64,000 nucleotides of DNA from assembly GCF_003918875.1 (NCBI RefSeq), contig NW_025766736.1, forward strand, positions 1-64,000, written 5' to 3'. Below the pieces are notes generated by a model that saw only the letters and a program-made list of their open reading frames with translations, was not told where the DNA came from and did not search any database. Below are positions 13,401 through 24,336 of the stretch, piece by piece. Source of the stretch: Haliotis rubra (Eukaryota). Numbering within the stretch: position 1 is the first letter of the stretch; the number at the start of each line of letters is the position of its first letter. The position numbers and the translations under genes were made by a program.

Positions 13401-16400
13401 GATGTTTCTTTACAGATAATATTTTCGTGAACTTTTGTTTCATTGGGAAAAGAGGTCAAGTGGGAGGGTAAATATTCTTTCCCTCAAAGTATCTAATGCT
13501 TTGCAATGAAAAATATAGTGGTATTCATCTGCGATGCTTTTAGAAGTACATAGTTGATTACTGTTCTCTCGTCCCTTTGAATATTTTTCCAGCGGCCTGT
13601 CTCAATAGGTAAACTATGGTTACATGTTCTAAATCCCAATAATGGCAAAGAAATGCGTTTTAGAAGGAGGAGATATACATCAAAATTGGGAAATGGCTTT
13701 AGGTGCTGATAGTGTATACCCTTAGGACTAGAAATAATGTCATTGTGCCAGTTTTGGATAAATTGATCTTTAAGAATATGTTCAACTTTTGAGACCAGCC
13801 ACTGGGTAGTACAAATTGAGGGATTATCAAAACATACGAGAGTCCAGTATTGTCTAATATATTTTTAACGTGCGAGAGCCAGGATTATGTTTTTTTATCT
13901 AATGAACAGTGGCTTCTTACGAGAGAGATATGAGAACACTGTGTAGTCTACTATCAGTGCATGCTTGGAGTTGACAACCAAAACCGAAAGTAAAGCTTCA
14001 TCCATTTCTGGCTTTTCTCATTTGAATTTTCCTTTGCCAGTTTGGGTACTATTCCTCAAACGTACCCCAGTGCTATCACTAATGTAATCAACCCGCGAAG
14101 ATCCTCGATTAGAATTGCTCTTCACTAATCCATGCTTGTCGTAAGAGGGCGACTAACGGGATCAGGTGGTAAGGCTCTACTGAACTTGTTTCCAATCCCT
14201 TTTGGCACATGTGAATAAAAATGTTTACATCAAAATGATTTAAATAGGATTCATTGTGTACAGAATTACAAGTCAGCATTTATATGGAAATTAATAAACC
14301 AGTATGATTGTGTAACGCATGTTATGTATGGATTACTGACTGACTGACTGAGTTTGGTTTTACGCCCCTTTACCAATATCTGTTAGCAACATCACGGCGG
14401 GGACACCCTTAGAAATGGGCTTCTGGCACATTGTAATTCCATGTGGGGATTCGAACTCCGGTCTTTGTGTGCTGAGAATTACATGTAGGGTGCAGGAGTG
14501 TGGGTTCGAATACCGAATGGGACTTAACTCAACAAAAAGTACCATCATTCGTAACTATACTGTGTCATTCCGGCAAGCCGGACTATTTTTACAAGGAAAG
14601 ATAACTCTGAATTTCCAAACACGGCTACTCCCTACAAATTAATGAGTACAACACGAAAGTCGCTTTTAAGTAAGTTACCTATGTCCTTAGCAGCATGTAT
14701 CAGTAACAAGAAACTTTTATATTCACGGAAATTATAAGGAAAATCGATAATCGCAAAAGAAACTATTTGACTCATTTCACCTCTTACTACACGCGAATTG
14801 GATTGGTTTGTAACGATTCTCGGCAATAATGGCGTACTGTACAGGTACGAGTTTCCTTTGTGGGTCACGGAAAAGAGGCGAGTAGTAACGAATGCAAAAG
14901 TACAAGAATCTGTTACGTCTGACCACTTTCAAAATTACATTGTGTATTCACAGTATAATTGTTATTCTTCTACCCAGATTATGGTTCAGCTGATGGGAAG
15001 TCCCTTCCAGTGGAACTACATCGCTATTGTGTATGGTGATGACACCTACGGCAGGAAGGCGGTTTCAAAACCCTGAAATCCATGGCAGAGTCACGGTGAT
15101 ATGCATACCCGTGTTCGTACCAATATCTCCGGGGATCCGTGAGCGACGAACTACGACAACGCTTTGAGACAATTAAAGATGAGCTTCAAAAGGATCACAA
15201 TCGCCAGTGGTTGGTTTGGCTTTTCGGCCAAGCTGAAACTGCCAAAGCGATGTTCGATTACCTTGAGATCGAGCTCAGCAACTCGCGATGATAGCTCTGA
15301 GTCCATTGGTGAAAGTGGAGTCATATTTGATGAAGTCTGACGGAAGCGTGCGTACCCATTAGCTTAAGGGACTTCTCACCCCAAGTCCTCCATACTATGA
15401 TGTCGAGCTCGTTCCAACTACACTGGCAGTCGCTTCCATACCTAAAGGCAATGTTATGCGAGAATATATACAAGATACATGATTGGCTGTTGAAATATTA
15501 ATGGAACAAGTAACGCTGTTCCCCTGGCAAATGAAACAAATATTCCATTCATCCTGTCTCTCTAACGGTCCACAGATTCAGTACAAAATGCCAAACTCTC
15601 CATCTACACCAACTACGCACTGATGGCTGCAGCCGCCTTTGCAAAGACATACAAGACATTATATGAGTTGAAATGTCCTCGCAACAAACAGGTGTATGCA
15701 AGGATGTGGAGGATTATATCTCCAACAAGGCCAAGTTTATTGAGGAAATGGCTGCAGAAGCTCAACCCTGTCGCTGAATTTACTGAGCTGTCAAATTTCT
15801 GGCTGAAGTTTGATTCAGGAATGGAGAGCTGGCGTACACGGAAATGGGAACCATTCCACGCACATTGTTAATAATTACCAGCAATGCGACACTAAGTTTC
15901 CTATTTCGCGCAGGTGAGAGAAAAATGTGTATACGTTGTTTTGTGTGCGACTGGTGTATGGATGCATTGCTCTTTAGTATTCCTTTGAGGCTGGATATAC
16001 CAACTTTTAGAAAGGTTACAATAGGATTTTGTACCAATGGATAAATGGAATTTCAATAATATATAGTCAAAATTGTTAAGACAGCAATATGATTAACTGG
16101 GATAACATGAGTGAGTGAGTGAGTATGTTACACTTTGTACCCAAGGGAAATCAAACCTGATCTTCATGGATTTGTTTAACGCTTTGGCAGTAGGCTACCC
16201 CACCGTCCCGGCATCACATACAGCCATCCATACATATAGAAAGCAAAAAATTATTTAATTATTTTCGATTTATTTCTTTGTTACTGAAACGTCAATTTAA
16301 TATTCTCCCATAATTGATGAAACAATTCCTATTTGTGAGATATCATTCACAACTATCTCTATTGTAGGTTGCGGATTACGATGGTGCAACCTGACTGTAT

Positions 16401-19400
16401 CGACGGACCGCATCAGGTCCCTATAGAAGAAAATGGTGATGAAGTTATAGGCCTGTAGCCGCCCAGCACAAACATGCCGCATACCCGTGATAAGCGCAGC
16501 CGAACCATCACCCTACAGATGTGTTATACATTCCTGGAGACTACTACATAGTAGTAATTCATCCCCATCCACAACAAGAAACAAGATGACCCTCTGCAGT
16601 GCGGTGAACTACGGACCGCCGACAGTGTGGACATTGCAGAGTATTTCATTTGCGATTACAGAGCCAACTCCGCAGAAAAAACTACATATCGGCCTTCGGG
16701 GAAAAAATAACAGTTGGTTTGGTTCCTGATTGACACTTGCAATAATCCCTTTCAGGCTAGAGAACAAATCATACAGTTGCATCGAGGTGAATTCGAAATT
16801 GTCATCTAAACTTAACAGTTCCATGCTTGTTAATAGAATAATTGATACGTTGGGCCATACGGTAGCCCTGTGTTAAAGCAGTAAGTGTCGACTCTCTTGG
16901 CTGAGATAGATGAGCTAGTAATTGCATTTGCTGCAAGCTCTGTTGTCCCCAGTGTGACAGAACCTGCATCCGACATTCAGCAAGGACCAAGGTTTCTCCT
17001 GACAACAAGCAAGCTGGATGTTATAGTGCATCTTGCTAAGATTCTTGAAGAAGTTTTCCAAAAATTATGTTCAGATACTGTATACAGATGAAGTGTATGG
17101 CATCACGGGGAGCGCTGAAGCGTTAGAAAAGTCCCGCCAAAGATCCACAAAGTCTGCATCGCTCAATCTCTTTAAGATACTGGATTCAACTCAAAGCTGC
17201 TTCAGACTCCGTGGGCTACGTTTCTACGGAGGTTGAAGTTTCTGCCATGCCAGGATGGTTATAGAGTGTTGTTTGTGAGGTCACGCGTGGCACCTATTCT
17301 AATGACTGCACTCAATAAGGTGGAGCAATGGGGGAGTTCGTCTTCGACGGCGGAGAAAGTTGGGAGAGAAACGTCCTGAGTCCCCGACGAATAACTTTAA
17401 ATTTCTGCGGCAGCTTGACCATAGGGCGGGTCACCGCGGAACACGGCATTTGAAGACCATTACCGTGAAATTGATCTCCAGCAAACAGAAAACCCCATGG
17501 CTGCAAGAATACTTAGAAGAACGTAACAAATGCTATTACCCTTTGAGTTTAAGAGGACAAACAGCACCGCAAATGTAGCCCTACCGCCTTAGAAGCATAC
17601 CGTCCGACAGACACATGTGGTTGCCGTTTGCCATAAATGCTGCGCATGCTCTTATAATTGGATTTAATCAAATTCTGGAGACACTTGCTTTGGGTCTTTC
17701 CCAAATTGCCCCGAATATTCCACTGCTAAGCTACAATAGAAAGGTTAAAGCTGTTCGCCTTGACATGTATTACGATGGCAGAAATGTTCGATGTGTCTGA
17801 TCATTGACAATGGTGAAGGGAATGTAAAAGCTTACACAATTTATCAGATTATCAGAGAGGGAGTGCCATAGTTACAAAGGGTGAGTTTTATTTATTTAAT
17901 CGTTTAATTTCGTTTCACATTGATGTGTATTGCAACTATATGGCGGGCGGTCTGAAAGTAATCGAGTCTGGACCAGACAAACCAGTGAACAACAACATGC
18001 GCATCGATCTACGCAGTCTTCTTTTACTAAACCTTTTTTCTTTTACAAAACACTTCGAGGTCAGATACAAAAGCAAATTTCTGATTGAAATGAGATAACA
18101 TAAACATGAGAGAGTGAGTGGCGCAGAGCGAGAGGGCAATCATTACACATAAACTGTTGCGTTATATATAGTCTATATATATATAATAGATACTTGGTAT
18201 ATAGATGATATATATATATATGTGTGTGTGCGTGTGTGTGTGTGTGTGTGTTTTCAGTTGCTGTTATGATATATCAATTTGTATAATGTTAACATTCCAG
18301 ATTGGAACGTCTGAAAATGGGGTGCAGTTTGTGGTTTCAAACTTGGATACGTCGTTTGAAGTGGACCTGTCATCTAGTTGTCAGAACGATGTTGACTGTG
18401 GCATATGCTCCAGACAATTCAACAAATCTGGTTTAAGGTAAGATGAATTTGTATCACGTTGCTTCCTTCTGGCCTGACATAGCTGCCATTACAGAGATTG
18501 TGTGACTTATTTACTGTGTTATCACATCATAACAGATTTAGCTGGCGTCCTTGAGGTACACGGTCGAACATTTTAAGGGCATACTCCGTAATACAGCTTT
18601 CGTTGTTAGAGCATTCTGCCCACACAGCTGTCATTGATAGAGAATTCTACTTCACACAACTGTCATTGTTATAGCATTCTGCCCACACAGCTGTCACTGA
18701 TAGAACTTTCTGCCTCACACAGCTGTCATTGATAGAGCATTCTGCCTCACACAGCTGTTACTGATAGAGCATTCTGCCTCACACAGCTGTCATTGTTAGA
18801 GCATTCTGCCTCACACAGCTGTCATTGTTAGAGCATTCTGCCTCACACAGCTGTCATTGTTAAAACATTCTGCCTCACACAGCTGTCATTGTTAAAACAT
18901 TCTGCCTCACACAGCTGTCATTGTTAGAGCATTCTGCCTCACAGAGCTGTCATTGATAGAGCATTCTGCCTCACACAGCTGTTACTGATAGAGCATTCTG
19001 CCTCACACAGCTGTCATTGTTAGAGCATTCTGCCTCACACAGCTGTCATTGTTAGAGCATTCTGCCTCACACAGCTGTCAATGTTAGAGAAATCTGCCAC
19101 ACACAGCTGTCATTGTTAGAGCAATCTGCCTCACACAGCTGTCATTGTTAGAGCATTCTGCCTCACACAGCTGTCAATGTTAGGGCAATCCACCTTGAAA
19201 CAACTGTCATGTTTTCCTGGGATATTGTTCAGCGACCCCGTGAACAGTGACAATGTGCCAGCTATCATTCTTGGCGTGTTCGTGGCTGTGTTGGTGATCG
19301 TGGTCATAGCACTGGTGGTTGTGTTGGTCAAGACGTGTCGTAGAGCAGCTTCCACGGACGGTGAGATATTTGTTTATGGTTTTCACTTTCCCATATAGGT

Positions 19401-22400
19401 TTGTAGATAAACACATTTTAGTTTGCAAAGTATAAAAAGTCGATAATGCCGATGTAATGTAAGTTAATTTCAGTTTCCGTAGAGCATCTAAGTATCTTTA
19501 AATCCAAATATAACATTTTTGTTTGATAAGAATACTCTCTTTTTGTGTTTTGAAGTCATACAGTCATCTCCTTTTATTTTTCTATCACGGGTGCATTCAG
19601 AATAATATAAAAATATTGCAAACATTTCCACAATCACAAAAAGGCTGTGCCAAAAGATGATATTAATAACTCATTGAATCAGGAATATTTTTGTCAAAAA
19701 TAGGAATGATTGTTTGTGGCCATGCCAGTTGTTAAGTTAGAAATATACATGTTATGTCCATCAGTGACAAAGCATGACGTTCTATGTTTTTAAGGTGAAA
19801 CTTGCTTCTGTATTTGTTGGTGATGGGATAAGGTACACTGTCCTTTTCACAGAACATCTGATGCCACCATTGCATTGTTGTAAACTGGAGCACGTGCTTA
19901 TAGTTATAGTCAATCCCCACATGGCCCATTTCTGGTGTGCCCCTCCGTGACTTTGCTCGAATATTGCTAATTAAAAGCGAATACTTAATCAAATCAATCA
20001 ATCAATCAGCCAATCAATCAATCAATATATCAAAATATAGTCATAGTCGTGCAATGGACTATAACAGCTTTTATCATATGCAAGAATTATCTAAAAGGTC
20101 ATCACCCAGGTACTGTAACTATCTTCCACGGGTAGAAATGCTCATTTATTTGAAATAAGCTTATGAGAATTGAATGATGTTTTATGAGTATGTCGAACGT
20201 TTTTGCCTCATCGGTTAATATTTGTTTCTCATATCATACGTTGCAGCATTGGGATCTGGCCAAGGGCGATCATTACCATGAACTTGATCTTGTGGCTCAC
20301 AGTCGATCACCAGCCCAGTGTAAAGGGACCTCCAAAGCCAAACTACTAGGCACGGTGAAATACCAGGTTCCATTTTTCCCACATTTTCCCTACTCACTCT
20401 AAATGCGCCTTTGTGTAATGACACTCGTTATACTGGAGTCGACCAGGGAAGACCAGGATTAGAATTGATCTTCAGTTACCCATGCTTGTCAAGAGGCGAC
20501 TAATGGGATCAGGTGGTAAGGCTCACTGACTTGGTTGACACGTACCACCGTATCCCAGTTTTGTAGATCGATGCTCATGCTGTTGATCACTGGATTGTCT
20601 GGTCAGACTCTTTTATTTACAGACTGCCGCCATACAGCTGAGTGGGGCGAAAAACAACAAACCAAACCAAACCATGCTTGAGTCATGGCGTGCCGGCGAT
20701 TCAAAATACTTTCACGATCTCACATCCCGATGACTTCTAACGTTACTACGCTTATCAAACACGTCTTCACCCACCTTGTCTTCTCTTAAAGCAGATTGAG
20801 TGTATGTAACATGTTTGAGAGCCAGCCACATGTATTGTGCACTCTTTAATTTAGATGAATAAATATTACTGTTCCAATACGTTAATTGAAATTAAAAGTA
20901 AACTTTGAAGTGCGGTCCGCGATAACCAACAATATTAAAGCGCTCGTACAATGCGTTTCTCCACACTGTGCCTCAAAACAATTATTGCTGGAGCATTCCA
21001 GTTCCGTGTCGTCGCTCCGATCATTAACAATTCAATTCAATTTCTTTATTCTCATAAACCACCTTGGTGGTACAAGAGCATATATTGTAAACATATATAC
21101 AAATACAAATCAAATTCAAGATGGCAGTTAACAGCATTTTTTTCTGACAAGAGATGATAGATGTAGGATATATTTTTTGATAAGATTTACTATGTCTCGG
21201 AGATGTTTTACAGATAATATTTTCGTGAACTTTTGTTTCATTGGGGAAAAGGAGTCAAGTGGGAGGGTAAATATTCTTTCCTCAAAGTATCTAATGCTTT
21301 GCAATGAAAAATATAGTGGTATTCATCTGCGATGCTTTTAGAAGTACATAGTTGACAATGACGTTCTCTCGTCCCTTTGGAATATTTTCCAGCAGCCTGT
21401 CTCAATAGGTAAACTATGGTTTACATGTTCTAAATCTCAATAATGGCAAAGAAATGCGTTTTAGAAGGAGGAGATATACATCAAAATTGGGAAATGGCTT
21501 TAGGTGCTGATAGTGTATACCCTTAGGACTAGAAATAATGTCATTGTGCCAGTTTTGATAAATTGATCTTTAAGAATATGTTCAACTTTTGAGACCAGCC
21601 ACTGGGTAGTACAAATTGAGGGATTATCAAAACATACGAGAGTCCAGTATTGTCTAATATATTTTTTTAACGTGCGAGAGCCAGGGATTATGTTTTTATC
21701 TAATGAACAGTGGCTTCTTAGAGAGATATGAGAACACTGTGTAGTCTACTATCAGTGCATGCTTGAGTTGACAACCAAAACCGAAAGTAAAGCCATCCAT
21801 TTCTGGCTTTTCTCATTTGGAATTTTCCTTTGCCAGTTTGGGTACTATTCCTCAAACGTACCCCAGTGGGTAAGGCTCACTGATCATTAACAGTGGCATT
21901 AACATGGCGAGAGATATATGAGCACACTGTGTAGTCTACTATCAGTGCATGCTTGGAGTTGACAACCAAAACCGAAAGTAAAGCCATCCATTTCTGGCTT
22001 CTCTCATTTGGAATTTTCCTTTGCCAGTTTGGGTACTATTCCTCAAACGTACCCCAGTGCTATCACTAATGTAATCAACCCGCGAAGATCCGGATTAGAA
22101 TTGCTCTTCACTAATCCATGCTTGTCGTAAGAGGCGACTAACGGGATCGGGTGGTCAGGCTCACTGACTTGGTTGACATACGTCATCGTTTACAATTGCG
22201 TAGGTTAATGCTCATGAACGCTGTTGATCACTGGATTGTCTGGTCCGGACTCGATTATTTACAGACTGCCGTCATACAGCTGGAATATTGCTGACTGCGG
22301 TGTTAAACAACAAATCAAACCTTAACAAACAAGCGAACAATACAAACAACTAACGTGATCAAAGTCATGGTCAACAAAAGACAGTCATAGCGCTGAAATA

Positions 22401-22700
22401 AGGTCTAGTAACAGAAACTCAATGATACAATTCAAATCGGCTATTGAGCATACTGTTTCAAGTTACATGTAACTGCTCTGCGTTCTTGCGCCCTCTTTCT
22501 TTGTTGTATAAGGTTACATCGAACGTTATATTTCAGTGCAAGGAGAACACACAGTTTCAAATGTGTACCTGACAGCCATCCCAGGAACGCCTGAGCTTCG
22601 AGGTCGGTCCGTTCGTAAACCAGCTGGAGAAGACGGTGAAAACTCTCCCGGTGCAGTGAATGAGAGCATGGTGATCGACGAAGCGGGCACAACAACATAG
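986..22700 (+). CDS. Whole gene model: single-pass membrane receptor with two tandem class C GPCR-type (mGluR/CaSR-like) Venus-flytrap domains, ~1100 aa. Exons 986-1211, 3515-3693, 7178-8099, 8553-10019, 10450-10586, 11575-11702, 12587-12658 (or -12691), 22537-22700
   Basis: All junctions are GT-AG and intron phases join consistently (1,0,0,0,2,1,1). ANF_receptor/VFT motifs occur twice (GDVVLGGLF...GIVGP...ISYSAT...LSDK...WNYIAIVYGDDTYG; GDYYIVGLVPIH...DTC...VGPYGSSVS...LSDR...FMRPVSPD...YG...VCIAQS...FIGGESW...NPWLQEY...FDDNGEG). One apparent -2 frameshift lies near 7255, and an exon is probably missing between 1211 and 3515. Confidence 0.75.
2721..2937 (+). mobile_element. Tc1/mariner transposase N-terminal (paired-like HTH) remnant, frameshifted and truncated
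   Basis: MPRLTAEEKGKATGMVQMG, then after a frameshift in the G run, STYNAVANALGCHGITVIKLIQGFRQTGVTVHRPRSGRPRITTSVEDR. GRPR and TTxxEDR are Tc1 hallmarks. No DDE domain follows. Confidence 0.8.
3515..3693 (+). CDS. Exon of VFT domain 1 (GIVGPGFSAETQDVSRLLSSLPEEDRLLQISYSATAAILSDKSVYKNLYRVIETDDVQVE); absent from the ORF track
   Basis: ttttattag acceptor; GAG|gtaaga donor; mGluR-like VGP..S / QISY.AT / LSDK..Y...R motifs. Confidence 0.9.
3714..4645. mobile_element. Putative non-autonomous DNA transposon (piggyBac-like; TTAA flanks)
   Basis: ttaa-tctttccatacga at the left and tcgaatggaaagag-ttaa at the right; inverted subterminal motifs (catacgagggacgtgata at ~3878 vs tatcacgtccctcgtatg at ~4551). 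Confidence 0.45.
4995..5118. mobile_element. Small MITE / fold-back element (Harbinger-like)
   Basis: Perfect 23-bp inverted repeat, tattctcgaaacgttcgtagccc (5004-5026) / gggctacgaacgtttcgagaata (5086-5108). Confidence 0.6.
7178..8099 (+). CDS. Exon: remainder of VFT domain 1 (IMVQLMKSLQWNYIAIVYGDDTYGRK[GA]QTLKSMAESHGICI...CDTKFCHVQ)
   Basis: tatccag acceptor; CAG|gtgaga donor. ORFs 7022-7360 and 7224-8159 join if two homopolymer bases are restored in aaggagccaaacc (~7253-7265). Confidence 0.85.
8553..10019 (+). CDS. Exon: Cys linker (AQCQQPYTCDKC) plus nearly complete VFT domain 2
   Basis: attgtag acceptor; open frame through ORF 8706-10046; AGG|gtgagt donor; full set of class C VFT motifs. 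Confidence 0.92.
10300..10400. repeat. (TA)n/(TG)n microsatellite (duplicate at ~18165-18250)
   Basis: Directly visible dinucleotide runs. Confidence 0.95.
10450..10586 (+). CDS. Exon: end of VFT2 plus second Cys stub (IGTSENGVQF...SSCQNDVDCGICSRQFNKSGL)
   Basis: ttccag acceptor; AG|gtaaga donor; C-x5-C-x2-C spacing mirrors the first linker. Confidence 0.8.
10745..11552. repeat. 32-bp minisatellite (gcattctgcctcacacagctgtcattgttaga), ~25 copies, intronic
   Basis: 32-bp period visible (e.g. 10921/10953); head-to-tail units with no unique spacers. Confidence 0.95.
11575..11702 (+). CDS. Exon: single transmembrane helix plus stop-transfer (SDPVNSDNVPAIILGAFVAVLVIVVIALVVVLVKTRRRAASTD)
   Basis: ttcag acceptor in phase 2; ~24 hydrophobic residues followed by KTRRR; G|gtgaga donor. 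Confidence 0.85.
12587..12658 (+). CDS. Exon: cytoplasmic tail (ALGSGQGDDYHELDLVAHSRSPAQ); alternative donor at 12692, or read-through to a stop at 12738
   Basis: ttgcag acceptor in phase 1; donors gtaagg (12659) and gtgaaa (12692) are both phase 1. Confidence 0.6.
12777..13010 (+). mobile_element. SINE family B (non-tRNA structured head; duplicate at ~20441-20672)
   Basis: acccg..gaag...ttagaattgatcttcag..acccatgcttgtcgtaagaggcgactaa... consensus shared with more than 10 other copies. Confidence 0.85.
14182..22165 (+). pseudogene. Copy 2 of the duplication: frameshift-riddled copy of five receptor exons (14978-15913, 16368-17880, 18301-18437, 19233-19360, ~20247-20320); likely a haplotype or low-quality-read artefact
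   Basis: Very many 1-3 bp indels, mostly at homopolymers, concentrated in 14.2-18 kb; nearly clean beyond 18.2 kb; a few SNPs and a different minisatellite length. Confidence 0.8.
18598..19210. repeat. 32-bp minisatellite, second copy (~19 units)
   Basis: Same unit as 10745-11552 with fewer copies. Confidence 0.95.
22078..22322 (+). mobile_element. SINE family B, full length
   Basis: Consensus match from acccgcgaagatcc to gctggaatattgctgactgcggtgttaaacaacaa. Confidence 0.85.
22537..22700 (+). CDS. Putative terminal exon of the receptor ((L/V)QGEHTVSNVYLTAIPGTPELRGRSVRKPAGEDGENSPGAVNESMVIDEAGTTT*)
   Basis: ttatatttcag acceptor; phase 1 matches either donor of the previous exon; GC-rich open frame of 53 codons to TAG; single copy, outside the duplication. 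Confidence 0.6.
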
Positions 22701-23594
22701 AGGTGGCTGTGGACTACAGTACTGTGTTACCGTGTGTCCATACGGATATCTGGGAGCGAGACTCAGTGATGTTACTCTCAATCTATATATTTTCATTCGA
22801 ACTCAAAGAATATTTACTGTGTTAACTGGCTCCCGTTACAGTATGGCCCCACAAATGCCACCATATTGTCCTATGATATGTCTAACAGTATGACCATAAC
22901 ATGATTATGCAGATGTGTTTGGTGCTAAAAACGTTTAGAAAATGTGGACCATTTTACATGTTTTTATATATACAATATTTTTATAACGGATATAGATTTA
23001 ATGTACCCGTGATTTATGGTATTGGTAGAACGATTGTATACACATCTATGCAGTGCTTTGGGATGTGCATAGTGTGAAGGTATTAATCAATATTCCTTAC
23101 TAATTCTTTTTTTTTTTATTTTTATTCAGCCTCGGTAATCACGGTTTTACATAAACCATACAAGTCCACGTGGTCAGGGACTACTGGTTTATAGCCTTAA
23201 ACTTTTACCACAAACTTTACCTATATATAATACCAGAGCATATTACAAATGCATAATGAAAAGCTTCATAGAAACTTTGATATTGGTATAGTGAGACTGA
23301 TAGCAGGTGTGTCCATATGATCCGTTATAACCACTGATAGTTGCATGTCTTTCTGATCCTTTGTAGACACTAATAGCCGTACAACTATGTATATATATCA
23401 TCCTTTATAGCCAATGACAGTTGTTTTTGAAGACATTTGGAATGTACACATCCACGGTCGCTAATGATGTAACGTTTTGCTGTGTGAACGCAAACCCTAA
23501 TGGTGCTTCTTCCAGTACAATCGCATGTCAGTGTTAATGGTGATGTCGAAATAAATGTGTATCGACGTTCCAAACAGTAATCTCTAAAGAATGA

Positions 23595-23760
23595 CTGACT
23601 GACTGACTGAGTTTAGTTTTACGCCGCTTTTAGCAATATTCCAGCAATATCACGGCGGGGCACACCAGAAATGGGCTTAACACATTGTGCCCATGTGGGG
23701 AATCGAACCCGGGTCTTCGGCGTGACGAGCCAACGCTTTAACCACTAGACTACCCCACCG
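23595..23760 (-). mobile_element. SINE family A (tRNA-derived head), full length with 13-bp TSD
   Basis: Reverse complement reads gcggtggggtagtctagtggttaaagcg...gggttcgattcccc (A and B boxes); (CAGT)n tail; TSD ctctaaagaatga at 23582 and 23761. Confidence 0.9.
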
Positions 23761-23807
23761 CTCTAAAGAATGAGGTCCAGACTATAGCTACCGGTATTTC
23801 ACTTCAG

Positions 23808-23972
23808 TGATTGAGTGAGTTTGGTTTTACACCCCTTTTGGCCATATTCCAGCAATACCACGGCGGGGACACCAGAACTGGGCTTCACACTTGGTGCCCA
23901 TGTGGGGAATAGAACCCGGGTATTCAGCGTGACGAGCGAACGCTTTAACCACTAGACTACCCCACCGCCCCG
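23808..23972 (-). mobile_element. SINE family A, full length
   Basis: Same consensus; ttcacttcag on both flanks. Confidence 0.88.
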
Positions 23973-24197
23973 AGTTCACTTCAGACCACTTAAAGGTAAA
24001 TGTTATAACCATTTATGGGAGGGCATTACGACATGTACTGTTCCAGCGTTTCCGAAAACTAGGTATGAGATGTGATGCAATGTTCACGTACAGGAAAGGA
24101 ACAATGCTTGTTAACAACATTCCACATGACAGATAGTTGTTTACCTTTACTTGTAATACAGCGCCCGTGAAGGAGGTGGGGTGGCATATAGGGAGAC

Positions 24198-24336
24198 ATG
24201 CTTCATTCTTTTTATGTGTAAAACAGCTAAGTTTGGGCTAGTACAAGCAGCCGCACATACACATATTACTTCACACGCATGCACCGAACTATTCTCAAGC
24301 ACGACGTTAAACCCAATTTCACGTCACCTCACCTCA
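24198..24336 (+). mobile_element. 5'-truncated SINE family C (V-SINE-like) between ~48-bp direct repeats
   Basis: Matches the 3' half of the element at 52141-52493; flanking repeats at 24149-24197 and 24336-24383. Confidence 0.7.

Larger units (their letters stand above)
6409..14181 (+). repeat. Copy 1 of a ~7.8-kb tandem segmental duplication
   Basis: gaacttgtttccaatccc at 6409 recurs at 14182; collinear through introns and exons to ~22165. Confidence 0.95.

Noticed and set aside
14182-20420. Second functional receptor paralogue, or a genuine four-VFT protein
   Set aside because: It lacks the 5' exons and is full of frameshifts with a sequencing-error pattern
986-22700. Calling the receptor a metabotropic glutamate receptor (GRM) or Venus kinase receptor
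   Set aside because: No 7TM, nine-Cys or kinase domain is visible, so no gene symbol was assigned
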